Below are positions 1 to 13,409 of a DNA stretch of 64,000 nt, one piece after another. Source of the DNA: Balanoglossus misakiensis (lineage: Eukaryota > Animalia > Hemichordata); NCBI GenBank assembly GCA_040954595.2, contig CM082582.2, forward strand, positions 2,340,303 through 2,404,302. The letters are read 5' to 3'. The position numbers were made by a program, and so were the translations under genes. How positions within the stretch are numbered: the first letter of the stretch is position 1; the number at the start of each line of letters is the position of its first letter. The notes beneath the pieces are model-generated. The model did no database searches, was not told the origin of the DNA, and saw nothing but the letters and a program-made list of their open reading frames with translations.

Positions 1-1794
1 GTGACCTTGAGTGACCTTTGACCTTCTTCCGCATATCTCGGCATCCAGAGCAGGTACAGCTTAGGTGTTTGGGTGGATGGTACCAAAATAAGAAGCCAAA
101 TTCAAGGGTCACCTGTGACACCTGCCTAACTCATTAATTATGTGCATACCTAATTCCAGGCAAACCAATAGGGCTACAGGTCTGATTTTTGTTGGACATG
201 AACCAGTATGGGGTCAAATTATCCCCCAAAATTTGGGGTGACCTTGGGTGACCTTTGACCTACTTCCTCATATCTCGGCATTTACAGCAGGTACAGCTTA
301 GGTGTTTGGGTGGATGGTACCAAAATAAGAAGCCAAAATTTAGGGTCACCTGTGACACCTGCCTAACTCATTAATTATGTGCATACCTAATTCTAGGCGA
401 ACCAAGGGGGCTACAGGTCTGGTGTTTGTTGGATATGTACCACTATGGGGTCAAATGTTTTTGCCCACATTTTGGGTGACCTTGGGTGACCTTTGACCTA
501 CTTCCTCATATCGCGGCATCCAGAGCAGGTACAGCTTAGGTGTTTGGGTGGATGGTACCAAAATAAGAAGCCACAATTTAGGGTCACCTGTGACACCTGC
601 ATAACTCATTAATTATGTGCAAACCTAATTCCAGCCAAACTAACAGGGCTACAGGTCTGATTTTTGTTGGACATGAACCAGTATGGGGTCAAATTATCCC
701 CCAAAATTTGGGGTGACCTTGGGTGACCTTTGACCTACTTCCTCATATCTCGGCATTTACAGCAGGTACAGCTTAGGTGTTTGGGTGGATGGTACCAAAA
801 TAAGAAGCCAAAATTTAGGGTCACCTGTGACACCTGCCTAACTCATTAATTATGTGCATACCTAATTCTAGGCGAACCAAGGGGGCTACAGGTCTGGTGT
901 TTGTTGGATATGTACCACTATGGGGTCAAATGTTTTTGCCCACATTTTGGGTGACCTTGGGTGACCTTTGACCTACTTCCTCATATCGCGGCATCCAGAG
1001 CAGGTACAGCTTAGGTGTTTGGGTGGATGGTACCAAAATAAGAAGCCACAATTTAGGGTCACCTGTGACACCTGCATAACTCATTAATTATGTGCAAACC
1101 TAATTCCAGCCAAACTAACAGGGCTACAGGTCTTGTGTTTGTTGGATATGTACCACTAGGGGATCAAATTGTTTTGCCCAAATTTTGGGGTGACCTTGGG
1201 TGACCTTTGACCTACTTCCACATATCTCAGCATCTACAGCAGGTACAGCTTAGGTGTTTGGGTGGATGGAACCAAAATAAGAAGCCAAAATTTAGGGTCA
1301 CCTGTGACACCTGCCTTACTCATTAATTATGTGCATACCTAATTCCAGGCGAACTAACAGGACTACAGGTCTGGTGTTTGTTGGACATGGACCAGTATGG
1401 GGTCAAATTTCCCCCCCAAATTTCGGGTGACCTTGGGTGACCTTTGACCTACTTCCGCATATCTCGGCATCCACAGCAGGTACAGCTTAGGTGTTTGGGA
1501 GGATGGTACCAAAATAAGTAGCCAAAATTTAGGACCACCTGTGACACCTGCCTAACTATGTGCATAACTAAGTACACACAAACCAATAGGGCTAGATGTG
1601 TGGTTTTTATTGGACATGGACCAATATAGTGTCAAAGTTTTCTGCTCATATTTAGGGTGACCTCACATGACGTTTGACCAACTTTCCCACATCCTCCACC
1701 CTGACTAATTAAATATGCACATATCTATCTCCAGGCGAACCAATAGGGCTAGCAGTGTCTCGAAACCCGCTTATTGCTGTTCACAGCTATATTT
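1..1794. repeat. Tandem array of ~237-238-bp units (about 7 copies plus a degenerate last copy), truncated by the window start
   Basis: GTGACCTT(G/A)GGTGACCTTTGACC-like motif recurs at 1, 238, 476, 713, 951, 1190, 1427 and degenerately at 1657. Units at 238/713 and 476/951 are near-identical pairs (475-bp dimer). Confidence 0.95.
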
Positions 1795-1959
1795 GGCCTT
1801 GTAACTGTCATAAGTCGCTGGCTATGAAACAGACACTCTATTCGACAAAAGTGCATTTTCCGTCATTAATCTCTATAATAAAACTGGCACAACTATCTGT
1901 AACTTGTGACTATTTTGTCAGTTTTATTGTTCTGTGTGTAAACCATGGTTTCTTGTTCG

Positions 1960-3770
1960 GCTCCCTATATCAGGATTAGTATTTGTCTTCTCAACTCTAC
2001 CAGCATGTGTTTTTGTTGACAAAAAATGCATTCAAGCCCGGACTTGAATGCATTTCTTAATAGTAAGAATGGTCTACACACGTAAACATGACTTGTTGAC
2101 TCATAGACATTTTGGGATAAATTCCAGGCAGGAGAACAAGGAAATGTGTGATGTGGTTGAAACATAAAACAAAAATTCTGAGAGAAGAACCAGATTCAAA
2201 TAAATGCCCGTTAATGCATTTATTTAAACCAATTTGAGAAAAAATGAAACAAATAACGCAAGTGAGGTTGAACTATTAAGCTTAGAATATTTATTTCCAG
2301 GTAATTGTCATATGTAAATGGCTTCAGTGTGATATTTTTGCATCCTGCATCGTATCATGGACAGTCATCTCAACATATAACTGTTATGTCAGAATGAAAG
2401 TCAGGATGAAAATTACTGTTAGGGACATTTTTAAAGAAAAACGCATGTATGATCATGGCTAACCTTCTTAAAAATAATGTTGATGTGAGACTTCCAGGAT
2501 AATGATGAGTCAAGAGTAACTCCAAGATAAACAGCAGATGAAACATTTTGTATTGGTAAATCAGAGACATATAAATCCCCCTCAGGATTAAATTTTGCCT
2601 GGGCTGTTTTGAAAATAACATAGTTTGTTTTGTCAATATTAATAGTAAGTTTATTTGACTTACACCAGGTCTGTACTTTAGTTAGCTAAACATTCAGAGT
2701 GGCAAGATCGATTTTGTCCTGCTTATCTGAACAAAATAAATTGGTATCATCTTCAAATAACCTGAGTTGAAAATAGTCTGAGGACCTGCAGATATCATTT
2801 ATATATACTAGAAAAAGAAGTGGACCTAGAATTGATCCCTGTGGAATCCCACAGGAGATCCTTTTCACTTTTGAAGTATAATTATTGACCTTGACATACT
2901 GTTGTCGGTCTTCTATATAAGTCTTAAACCAATTAAGTGTGGATCCCCTAATCCCATAGTGGCATAGCTTAGCTAACAAAATTGTGTGGTTAATCGTATC
3001 AAATGCCTTTTAAAAATCAATGAAGATACCGTTATCAATGTGCTTTTTCAGTTGTGAGATCTGCTAAAGCTAACTTGGTACTAAATTTCTTACGAAATCC
3101 ATATTGGCTGTTAGTGGGAATATCAAATTTTTCAAAAAAAGAACACAGTTGCTTATTTACAATAGACTCGTACAGCTTACTAAAGATTGGCAAGACAGAG
3201 ATAGGTTTGTAATTTCCTATATCATGAACACAACCCTTTTTAAAAATTGGTGTTACTCTTGCCATTTTCAGTTTCTCTGGAAAAATACCCTGTGACAAGG
3301 AAATATTAACAATATGAGCAAATGGTTCTGTAATATAATCAGCTGATTCCTTTACAAGTTTTGGATAAATATCATCAAAACCAGCAGCTTTACAATGATC
3401 TAATACATTAATTTCTCTGAGTATATCACCAGAATGCACAGGATGGAAAAAGAAAGAATGAAAATGACGAATACCAAGGCAATCATTGAAATTAGCGCTA
3501 CAATGTATTTGTGATGCTAGATAGCGCTACAATGTATTTGTGATGCTAGATTTTGTCCAATGTTGACAAAAAAAAATTAAAGGCGTCAGCTATATCAATA
3601 TTTTTAGTAACAAAATTCCCGGGGTGTTTGTCATCTTTTATTTTTTGTGGAGCATTAACCTTTGAATTTTTGTTCAAGATTTCATTGATGACTTGCCATT
3701 TTTTGTGGTCCTTCCCAGAGGCTACAGACAGTTGCAATTTATCACAAAAATACTTCTTTGTGTGGTTGAA
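1960..3770 (-). mobile_element. Degenerate CR1/L2-group non-LTR retrotransposon (RT region and 3' part)
   Basis: Fragmented minus-strand ORFs with RT motifs: VTPIFKKG..IGNYKPISVLPIFSKLYE..QYGFRK and CGIPQGSILGPLLFLVYINDI..LFEDDT. Broken by stops and frameshifts. Confidence 0.9.
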
Positions 3771-3797
3771 CTATAAGGCTAAGAATATTTATCTCCA

Positions 3798-4002
3798 AGT
3801 ACATGTGTATATGTAGTGAATGAACGCTCAACCACAGACAACTTCCATCCCACTTGTAGATACGAGAGTGAAAAATCACGCCAATATAAATAATTGGTCT
3901 CTACCATCAATTCATGTTGGGTGAGGTTCTACTCTCTTATCATACAAGCAGGATGGAAGTTGTGTGTGATTGAACGTCCATTCACTACATATTCACATGT
4001 AC
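3798..4002. mobile_element. Palindromic MITE-like element (~200 bp)
   Basis: Left arm (ACATGTGTATATGTAGTGAATG...ACAACTTCCATCC) is the imperfect reverse complement of the right arm (GGATGGAAGTTGTG...CATTCACTACATATTCACATGT). A related copy lies at ~12352-12510. Confidence 0.7.
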
Positions 4003-4069
4003 ATTAACATAAACGGTATCTTGTATCAAACATAATTGATGGAAAAGGGCAGCAAGAGAGAGGACTTTG

Positions 4070-4265
4070 TCCTTTTAAGATTACATATCAACGGAAAATG
4101 GTCAGATCCAAACACTGTAGGGATTTCAAACCGAGTGATATACAGAAACAATCTTGTTGAAATACAACAATAATTCACTGTACTTCTACCTCTGTTTGCT
4201 ATACAAGTACAGTTACCATCCTCGTCTCCGGGAACTCTCCCATTTAAACAAAATGAACAGAAAGT
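4070..4265 (-). mobile_element. Fragment of a non-LTR retrotransposon AP-endonuclease domain
   Basis: LNGRVPGDEDGNCTC..GRSTVNYCCIS..GSDHFPLIC matches the C-terminal APE motifs (T..G.S.xDY, SDH). Confidence 0.75.
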
Positions 4266-4647
4266 GTACAACACAATGATATCAAACTTAGACCGAATTT
4301 TTTTAGTTTTATGTTTTGACTGTCGTGGGATTGTATAGTGAGACTTTCCCTCTCTGAGACCTCTCGCCGCAGCAGAAGTAATTTTGCATGTATGCCTTAG
4401 GTGGGATATTGTGGTATAGGATAACGTTACATCGTACCTGAATTCGATACAATGTGCTGATGGCGTAAACATGCTACGAAACTCGATGCTTTATTCTTCT
4501 GTGCGGCACGCGAATTCTATCAGCCATCTGGTGCGTGCACAGAACAACTCACATTCGCGTTTGGTATCTTCACTAACAACCATCCACTCCCTTGCAATTG
4601 TCACGAGATTTGCTCGACATTTCCGCAGTTTACACGTCTCCCAAGAT

Positions 4648-5160
4648 ATATCTAATGCCAACATCAATAAAAGACTTGGACACACCCCTTTGTCTATATA
4701 TGGGGATATACAAATTAGAAGTATTGTATTCCTTTAAATTCAGTACTACATTCTTGGTTTCCGACGATTAAACAAGCATGCTTCTTCCAAAATATATCTA
4801 ATAACAACATCAATAAAAGACTTGGACACACCCCTTTGTCTATATATGGGAATATACAAATTAGAAGTATTGTATTCCTTTAAATTCAGTACTACATTCT
4901 TGGTTTCCGACGATTAAACAAGCATGCTTCTTCCAAAATATATCTAATAAAAACATCAATAAAAGACTTGGACACACCCCTTTGTCTATATATGGGAATA
5001 TACAAATTAGAAGTATTGTATTCCTTTAAATTCAGTACTACATTCTTGGTTTCCGACGATTAAACAAGCATGCTTCTTCCAAAATATATCTAATAAAAAC
5101 ATCAATAAAAGACTTAGACACACGTTGTTTACCATATATGGGATTATTTAAATTAGAGGT
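4648..5160. repeat. 146-bp tandem repeat, ~3.5 copies
   Basis: CATCAATAAAAGACTT(G/A)GACACAC recurs at ~4662, 4808, 4954 and 5100; copies are nearly identical. Confidence 0.95.
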
Positions 5161-5422
5161 TGATTATTCTTTTACCCCTTTCACCACTATAGTCCAGTCC
5201 AAACCAGTTGTTTTCCATGGGAAGGTTGGACATCTATAGAGGGGTCTGGGCTTGAAAGGGTTAAATTCAACACATGTAGTACTCTAGAGGCAATTGTACA
5301 TAAAGTCGATCGAAAAAACATGACGCCTATTGTATGATGGAATAATCTTGTGCGCACATGAGAGAAGCGGTTTTAAAGGCGTGGATATACCACGTCACAC
5401 ACGTCACTATATTCGCTCAACA

Positions 5423-8400
5423 ATGGGATAACTACATCGATGGCTGTGCTACTTTAGTATTGTATCCGTGGTAATTTTCTCACATACCGAGGTGACAGTG
5501 AACGGTATTGTAGACAATTTTCATGTTTTCCACTTTAATGTATTCCTGATGGTAATCTCAGTATAAGAGTAGCAGTGTTTAACAACTTCATTATCTTGCC
5601 ATAGACATGTCATTTCGAGGAAAGTGACAATGATCACAAATCATAACAGTTTTGAATTCTGTTATTAAATGTCAGAATATACGTTCAATCTATGTACCAT
5701 CAGTTGCCAACACTATAAATACTTGAAGTTAATGTAGACAATACACGTTTTTAAATTAACGTGCACATTCTAGTTCAGATTTAGAACTGTACTGCCAACA
5801 CAAGATCTTAATCATGTTTGTAAATGCCATGTGTTTCAGCCCAAGAGCTTATATCCCTGATCGAAAATGAGTTGAAACTTTCCAACTATGAAACAACGTG
5901 GCTGGAAGCAAAAAGAGCATGTGAGCAGGACAGTGGGCATCTGTTGAGGTTTTACGACCAAGAGACCATGAATATAGTTGTCAGCTTTATAGCGTTATTG
6001 GTTTGGCGAGGTGATGTCCTACCACATTCCGGTAAAGAGTAATAGAGTACCCAACTTTGTCATTACTGCTTGTTCATACGAACGATGTCTTCTCACTCAG
6101 AAGTATAATTGTTGTAATAATCAACATGACTTTTAAAGTAAACAAATCTACATGTATTACTCAACGTTCAACATGCTTTTCCTCTTTGCAATGGTTTACA
6201 GAATTCGTTTGGATCGACGCCAATGATAGAGAGACTAATGGTCACTTTGTTCACTCAGACGGTTCGAGTATAGATAGAAGTATCGCAGTAATGGATTTGG
6301 TGTTTGGAACAGACACCAATTACGGTGCACATTGTGGTGTAATATGGTAATGTTGTTTTAATTTTAAAGGGGTCTGACCTGACCTGCGTGTTGTGCGATT
6401 TATATTTGCAACGAGATCTCTATTGGCGAGGCCTTTGATGTAGAACGGCTAATATGACAGAACCCCACGACCAGATGGATCAAGCGCGGTATTTGAACGA
6501 GTGCTGGTGGTGTATTCTGTTGCAGCACGATCTCGCCATCGGGTTCTGTTATTATTACATATGATACTCCCATTTTAGACGAAAACATCGAAAACACCAT
6601 AAGAACACCATCCGAAAATTAAAGAAACGAGATCAGGCAACGATATTGGTTGTTTCGTGGACAGGTCACACTACGATGATATCACAATTTTTTATAGGCT
6701 AGTTACACCACACTCCCATCTTTCATTGGACAATGTTGTTTACTAGTCATACAACTAGTGGCACCCAGAAATGTATACATCGCCATACCAGAGGAACATA
6801 CATTGTATAACGACATAACAAGATAATTGAAAAGATTCCTACAACACAACCTGAAAAACCTGTCCTAAATATCAGCAAGTAACCTAGCACAACGACTGCG
6901 ACTTTCACAGATGTCGGCATCAGTATGTCGCAAACAGGATACTGCAAGTGTCAGATGAAGAAACGGGGTGTAAACGTAAACGGCAGGCCATATGTAATAT
7001 ATGTAATATAGCTTTATCAATACCAGTGAATTTTGAGACGTCATAGCTATACATTATTACTTATAATGTATGTGTTATTCGATGGACGCGCGACGCGCCC
7101 AAGAACCAGTGGACGTGTACAATTTCCGACTGAATAACGGAGGATTTCGAACAATGCGAACATTTTAAGGGGTAAAAAAAGAAATGCAAACATAAACAGA
7201 ATAAATACGGCGATATTTATTAATTTCCAAACCCGACCTCGAACGGCGATTTGTTTATTTTTTTCTTCCTACTGCGTCGGTACATGTCGTCTGCTCTTGA
7301 ATCACGCGCAGTCAACATGGCTCGCTCACGCACGTAAAGCAAACCTCTCGATGATGATGCTGGATTTGACATTCGTTCACCATACATACCGTGTACCATG
7401 TACCAAGCAGTCATGTCAACGAAGCTATACGTAAAAAAATTATGCCGCAAGTGTCACTGTCATGTTGTCTACGTGGTACGGAAGGTCGATCGAGGGCGAG
7501 TTTGTTTATGTATTGCAACCTTCGGAGCGCCCGTATACGTGAACTTTCCCGAGAACGCAAACGAATTTTTACTCGTTGCGGATTTAATTTTGAAATTCAG
7601 GAAAACGGAATTTGAAAACAGGTAAAAAGCAACATGCTTTACTAAAAAAAAACGGTTATCCATTCCACTTTTTGTTGCATCCACTATAAACTAAACCTAT
7701 CACAAGCAAGAAGTCATAGTTGTCCGGCCTGACGTCAATTCTATTTTTTACGTCAATAAAGGTTTTCTGTAAAGAGTATTGTGGATAGATGGTATGCATT
7801 TGCATACAGAGGATAAATGGACGCACTATGATGGGACACCACTGACTTACTTACCATGGGCGGACCACCAGCCATACGGTAGCCCTTGGAGAACATGTAT
7901 TCGAGCGGATTTGTAATTATTTATTTGTCTTCACCAAACCATGTTTCCCTAGCAGAATATTGGTGAATGTAACACCATCACAATTAGACACTCTAACGCA
8001 ATGTATCCACAGTAAACAGTTTCGTCTGGATAAGGTGTACTGCTATGTTAACTAGAAAATGTACAGTGACTGCGCGTCCGTGATCTGTTGTCTCCATCTA
8101 TAAGTAGAGCACATATGTGCATCAAGTTGAGTAAGGATGTGTAGCTTAGGCCGACGATCATCTTATGCGCATGTGCGTACTTTCGTATGTACAAACAATA
8201 CGTCCAACCCAAATGTTCTGCAAAGTTTGCCTTTGGCACATTCAAATAGTTGGCTGCATCCGCATCCTTTCTTATTGCATGGGCGCCGAATATGAGACTT
8301 TAGATTTGTCCCTTCGTTTAATCCAATTTGTTGTCTGTTCCTGATCTCCAACACAGACTAGTCTCCGCCATCTTGTCTGTTGTTATAACAGCATACTGCC

Positions 8401-10440
8401 CGAGTCTCTAGTTTGGCTCATGCGCATAAGGCGTTCGTCGCCCTTTAATGAAGCCTAAGGAATGTGACACAATTCAGATTCAGCTGATAACATGTTTTAA
8501 TGATTTTTCCTGATAATCGTATTGAACAGAATTAGTAACGATTTTTTATTGTAATTTTTTAGAGCCACAAAATTGTACATTTTGGATGATTGTCTACTTT
8601 AACGAAGATTTGTCTGTCGATATGGTAGGTGTATATGTTAAACTTTATCAAATCGTTCAACAGTAAACCAGAGACTCCCATGCAAATTGGTTAAGCAATA
8701 CTTTTTGTATGAAGTAAAGACGAATGGCGACCTTTTAGGATTTTGGTCGGGTTTCTAATGTGTGCAGTTTCATTGTATTGCAAAGTTGTGGCGTAATAAT
8801 TGTACCATGTTTGTTAATATGTTGAACTCTAAATAGATGTAACTTGAGTCACGAACGGTTGCGACATGCAAGTACTGAAATGTCGCCATCTCAGAAAAGA
8901 ACTGCATCGCCACTTCTTGTATTGGTTCTCTCTTGCGTGTCTAATAAAACCTTCGTCGCGAGAACGTTACATTATCCACATTACCGGCAGACAAAATAAG
9001 TGTAAACGTCCTCCAAAAATAAACGGGAAACACGTTTTACTAAGAGGTGTATCCGATCTGCACCATCGATTTATTGCAGTTTGAATGAATGATGTTACCA
9101 GAAATTGCAATATTCAGCGTGGCAGTTTCTTGTCAGATATGGACCTAACATGCTTCAATGAATCACTAATACAAGCCGAAGTAAACATGGCGCCCTTTTG
9201 TGACCCAACGCTTCTTTGAATACCACTTATCCTAAACCAGTTATATCTTGTGGGTTTTACATTACAGGTGAACCAGTGTCGAATACACCTGGGTATACAG
9301 ACCATGTTAGCTCTGATGTTACTGACACCAGTTATTCAAAAATGTCAACAGATGTCACAGAAGATACTGGCGCTGATGCTAAATCTGAAACTAGAATGAC
9401 TGAAACAGAATCCTCGTTAGAGTTAGCCGTAATGCAGCGATACGAAACGACAGATAACGAAGTTCTGACAGACATCCCTGATTACAAGGGCACTGAGAGC
9501 GTGTCTGGTTTCATCTTGAAGGAAAACCCTAGCTACTATAACGGCTACAACTGTAGTGCATGGGGGGGATTTTTGCGCTATATAAACTTTGTTGCTTGAT
9601 TGATTGATTGATGGGACTGAACCAGACGTTGAGGGAGACCACACTGATTCTGTCTCCATATCAACAGATACAATCGACGCCAGCATCTTCTCTCAACATA
9701 CTGCATGTAAAGGTCCACTGTGCCAACATTTCCCAAGCATTAGTGTTGTCGATGGCTATTCGAAAGTGCCCCGCTGTAAGTATAGGCCCACTGTGCTTCA
9801 CAATCACAATTGTAGAAACAAAACACAATCAAATAATATAAAATGAGACTGGGCGGCCTTAATATTTTTGAAACACCTGCATGATATCACTTCTTTATTT
9901 TGCCAGAGGTCCGTGCATCTTTCTTTCATGGTTTTGTCTTCTGGCTGCATTTATGGTTGTCTGTGCTAGGCCACGCTGTGCTGCTGATGTTGTGTGTGTG
10001 TGTGTGTTTGTGTGGGTGTGTGTGTGTGTGTGTATGTGTGTGTGGTTTTTGATTGGCCATTTACCAGTCAATGGTAAAATATATTTGCCTAGTGATTTTA
10101 TTGAATATATAGATGGTTATGCTCGCAAATATATAATACTGTATTTCATAAGTAACCTGAATGGATCCTGCCCACGTCACAAGTAACCCGAATGAATCCT
10201 GTCCACGCCTATAGCCCAAGGCCTCATATTCTGCACTTTAAGCTTTTTTGCTATCAATTTTTTTTCTTGACAGGTGACGAACTCGGTAACAATGACAACA
10301 CTTTCATGGTTCTAGTCCTAGGCTTTTTCGCTGCATATCTGGCTGTGCATATTGTGTTGATCCTCGGGATTTCGCGTTTTGTAAGAAACCTAGACCCTGC
10401 TCCGAAGTTGAAAAATGACAGAATACTGTTCTGGCTTTGA
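5423..10440 (+). pseudogene. Spliced type-I membrane protein gene with two C-type lectin domains, a Ser/Thr-rich stalk and a TM segment; probably a pseudogene
   Basis: Phase-compatible GT-AG exons at 5423-5504 (signal-peptide-like, TAA at codon 3), 5840-6031 (TTWLEAKRACEQDSGHLL) and 6202-6346 (FVWIDANDRETNGHFVHSDG..HCGVI). Second CTLD pieces at ~6870-6965 (VT*H..C, TAG at the expected W) and ~7775-7912 (LWIDG..WTHYDGTPLTYLPWADHQP..TC). T/S/D/E-rich stalk at ~9270-9710. TM exon 10274-10440 (FMVLVLGFFAAYLAVHIVLILGI). Confidence 0.75.
9991..10043. repeat. (GT)n microsatellite
   Basis: Interrupted TG dinucleotide run. Confidence 0.95.
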
Positions 10441-12351
10441 GCTTTATCCGTGTTATTGATTCAATGATCGAATGCAAAATATTATTTATGATTGTTAGTT
10501 AGGTTTCTCTTACATTAAGCGCAACACTGTCGATTTATTACATTTAATAATTAAGATTAAGCTAAATAAAAAGGTCAGCATTTAAACCGTATTGGAATTG
10601 AATTGTAACTACATTTATTTTTGAACAAATGTGACACAGGTGTATTAATTATCGTAGGTTTCCAATGTATAGAGGACATATTCACTATGGACCTAGGTAG
10701 TTATTATGTGCACATGCGTATATTCAACTACTGGAGGATATCTTTTTGGACTTACTGTAATACCTGTGCTGTATTGTGTTGTGTTTGTCTGTACAATATG
10801 CCATATAAATGTGATAATTGATTGAATATATTTGGAATATGGATGGATATGATCGGAATTATTTGATTATGATTAGTGTTATTTTAATAAACGTACATAC
10901 TTTCTTTCGCTATCACTTATAACTTCGCATATGTGTTGTTGTTGTTTTTCCTGGAACGGAATTCGAAATACCGCCCAAGGCAGTAGTTGATGGTTGTGAG
11001 GTAATTGCAATAGTTTTGTTTGTCCCGATCGCCATGTTCCAGTGGGGCGTACAAATTTCGGTCTGTCCTTCCTTCACATGCGGAGATGAATTTCATTCAA
11101 ATCTTGCAACACAAATGTCTATAGTGCTGCATGTTTATCGTGAATGTCAGAGAACCATATGATTTGTTTACATTGCTCAAATCTGTTAAAAAGAACAATC
11201 CATCTCTCTTTGATCCTCTTGTTATACCCAGTACTCGCTAACCGAAATTTACTTTATCATCTTAATCTGTGGACGGGGCACACAGATTAAGTTGTTTGCA
11301 GGTGCTTAATTGGAAATGTGATAGCTTTTATTTTGGATTAGCAAATAACAAGACAGGTGGGGAAAATGCAGATCGGAACTCCCCCATTTATAACTTTAAT
11401 GTTTGCAGCCCCCCTGTCATATCATCCAGTCATATTTTCAACCCTTTGTACACGTTCGTACGCCGCACTGATTGGGAAGAAATGTGTTAACACACTATTT
11501 TTGGATCTGGTGGCTTTAATAGTGGAGTGATGGAAATTATATTGGTCAATTTCAAATAACATAACATGAAACTATATTTCCCCACCCTGGTATAAAACCC
11601 TCTTCAGGTTGGGAATGGCTTGCCACATTGCCAAATTTTCTTTCTGGGACGCAGGTGAGCAGTTGAGCACTTAGATTGATGTATGTAAATTTGGCACTAA
11701 AATAACAACCGGTAATTCTTGAATTATTAAAACTGGATTATAATTACATTATGATACTTTTATTTTAATACCTATCTGAAATCACATTACAAGTATAATA
11801 AATAACTTTTGCATTACAATTTACATAAACTGCCTACCGATCTCTACTATTGTGAATCAAGACAATGTCAATGACCCTAATACACACTTCACACTACTAC
11901 ACATTTTATACTGATTCAGGGATCCTCTGCTATCTGACATTCAACAGGCTTCTAGTCTAAAAATATTCAACCAATAGAATTTGAGCTTTCTTTTTACAGC
12001 ACACTCATTATCATACCAATGGCCATCTGTGCGTCCACATTGATTAGGTATTATTGGCGGTCCAAACATATTACAGTCTTCCCCCCCCCCCCGCCTCTTC
12101 CAACTCAGTTGTAAGATTATCGACTGTGTACATTTAAATTAACCAATGATAAAACATGTCCAATTTTGTCTCTGCCATACACTGTTGAGGAGAAATGTTT
12201 GATAGCTGATCGTTATTTTTGCCTGCACCTGTACTTTCAAACATTCTTGACTCGGACAGGACATGCGGCTGTACAACATTAAAGGGACAAAGTCTCTCTC
12301 TCGCTGCCCTTTTCTATTAATTATGTTTGATACAAGACATGGATTACATTC

Positions 12352-12510
12352 TACATGTGGACATATAGTGAATCAACATTCGCCACACACAACTTCCATC
12401 CCACTTGTAGACACCAGAGTGAAAAATCTTGCCAAAATGAATAATTGGTGTTAATTTTTTTTTCGGCCAGATTTTTACTCTCATGTAAACAAACAGGATG
12501 GAAATTGTTT
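12352..12510. mobile_element. Second, truncated copy of the palindromic MITE family at 3798-4002
   Basis: Shares ACAACTTCCATCCCACTTGTAGA..AGAGTGAAAAATC..AATAATTGGT and the inverted CAGGATGGAA. Confidence 0.65.
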
Positions 12511-13409
12511 ACAGTTAATTAATGGTGACGTCAAAACATAGAGGGCGTCCATGGTAACTATACACTCTTTCCAATATTTATTGTTGGCTGGTTTTACTGT
12601 CAATCATGACAAAGTGCTCCCCAAAAAGCCTCAAGAACTGCCACTGTTTACATTATGTTCATTACTTTATTATCCCACTTTAAATAGATTGGTACATACT
12701 ATAAGGCAAACATGAACATCTCATCGACGCACAATTATGGCTGTATTTTGCAAATTATTCACATTATATATTTAATGTGTGCCGCACCCATTTCATCAGC
12801 CTCCATACAAACAGTACACTGCAGCTAACGTGGTAAGTGTCTCCAATAGAAGACAAACTGATGCAAATACAAGTTATATGACTTAATGCTGGGGATTTTA
12901 AATGATATTTGAAGTATTTTATTGTGGAAAAAAACGGGAGAAATTTGACAGCTCTGGAGGCTTCAAACGATGTGTATATAGGAAATGTCCATCATTATCG
13001 GGAACTGAATTATATTAAAATGAAAATGCTTATTGTGGATTTTCTAGCTGAGCAATTTTAAACTTAGAATTAAGACCACTTATACTTAAAACCCATCTTT
13101 TTATGAAAGCATTTATACACTAATTCTTTTACACTTTTTACAACTTTTATATACCTTTTTAGCGTTTTTATGTCGAATTTTTTAGCTTGTATTTTTAGTG
13201 TACTTTTCATCATGTAGTAAAGCGCATTGAGATTTTAGTCCATTATGTAATGCGCTATATAAGAAATAATAATTATTATTATTTTCATTATTTAGTAAAA
13301 ACAACAGAAACATAATTAACTCAGGATTTGTTTTTCCTGCTTTTGTTAAATACTTCACAGAGAGCAATATTATCTAGGCGTTTTTATTAATGGTGTAATC
13401 GACTGAGGT

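Noticed and set aside
6985-8900. CpG-rich inserts in the lectin gene as defined transposons
   Set aside because: Probably TE-derived, but I could not establish TIR/TSD pairs or coding motifs.
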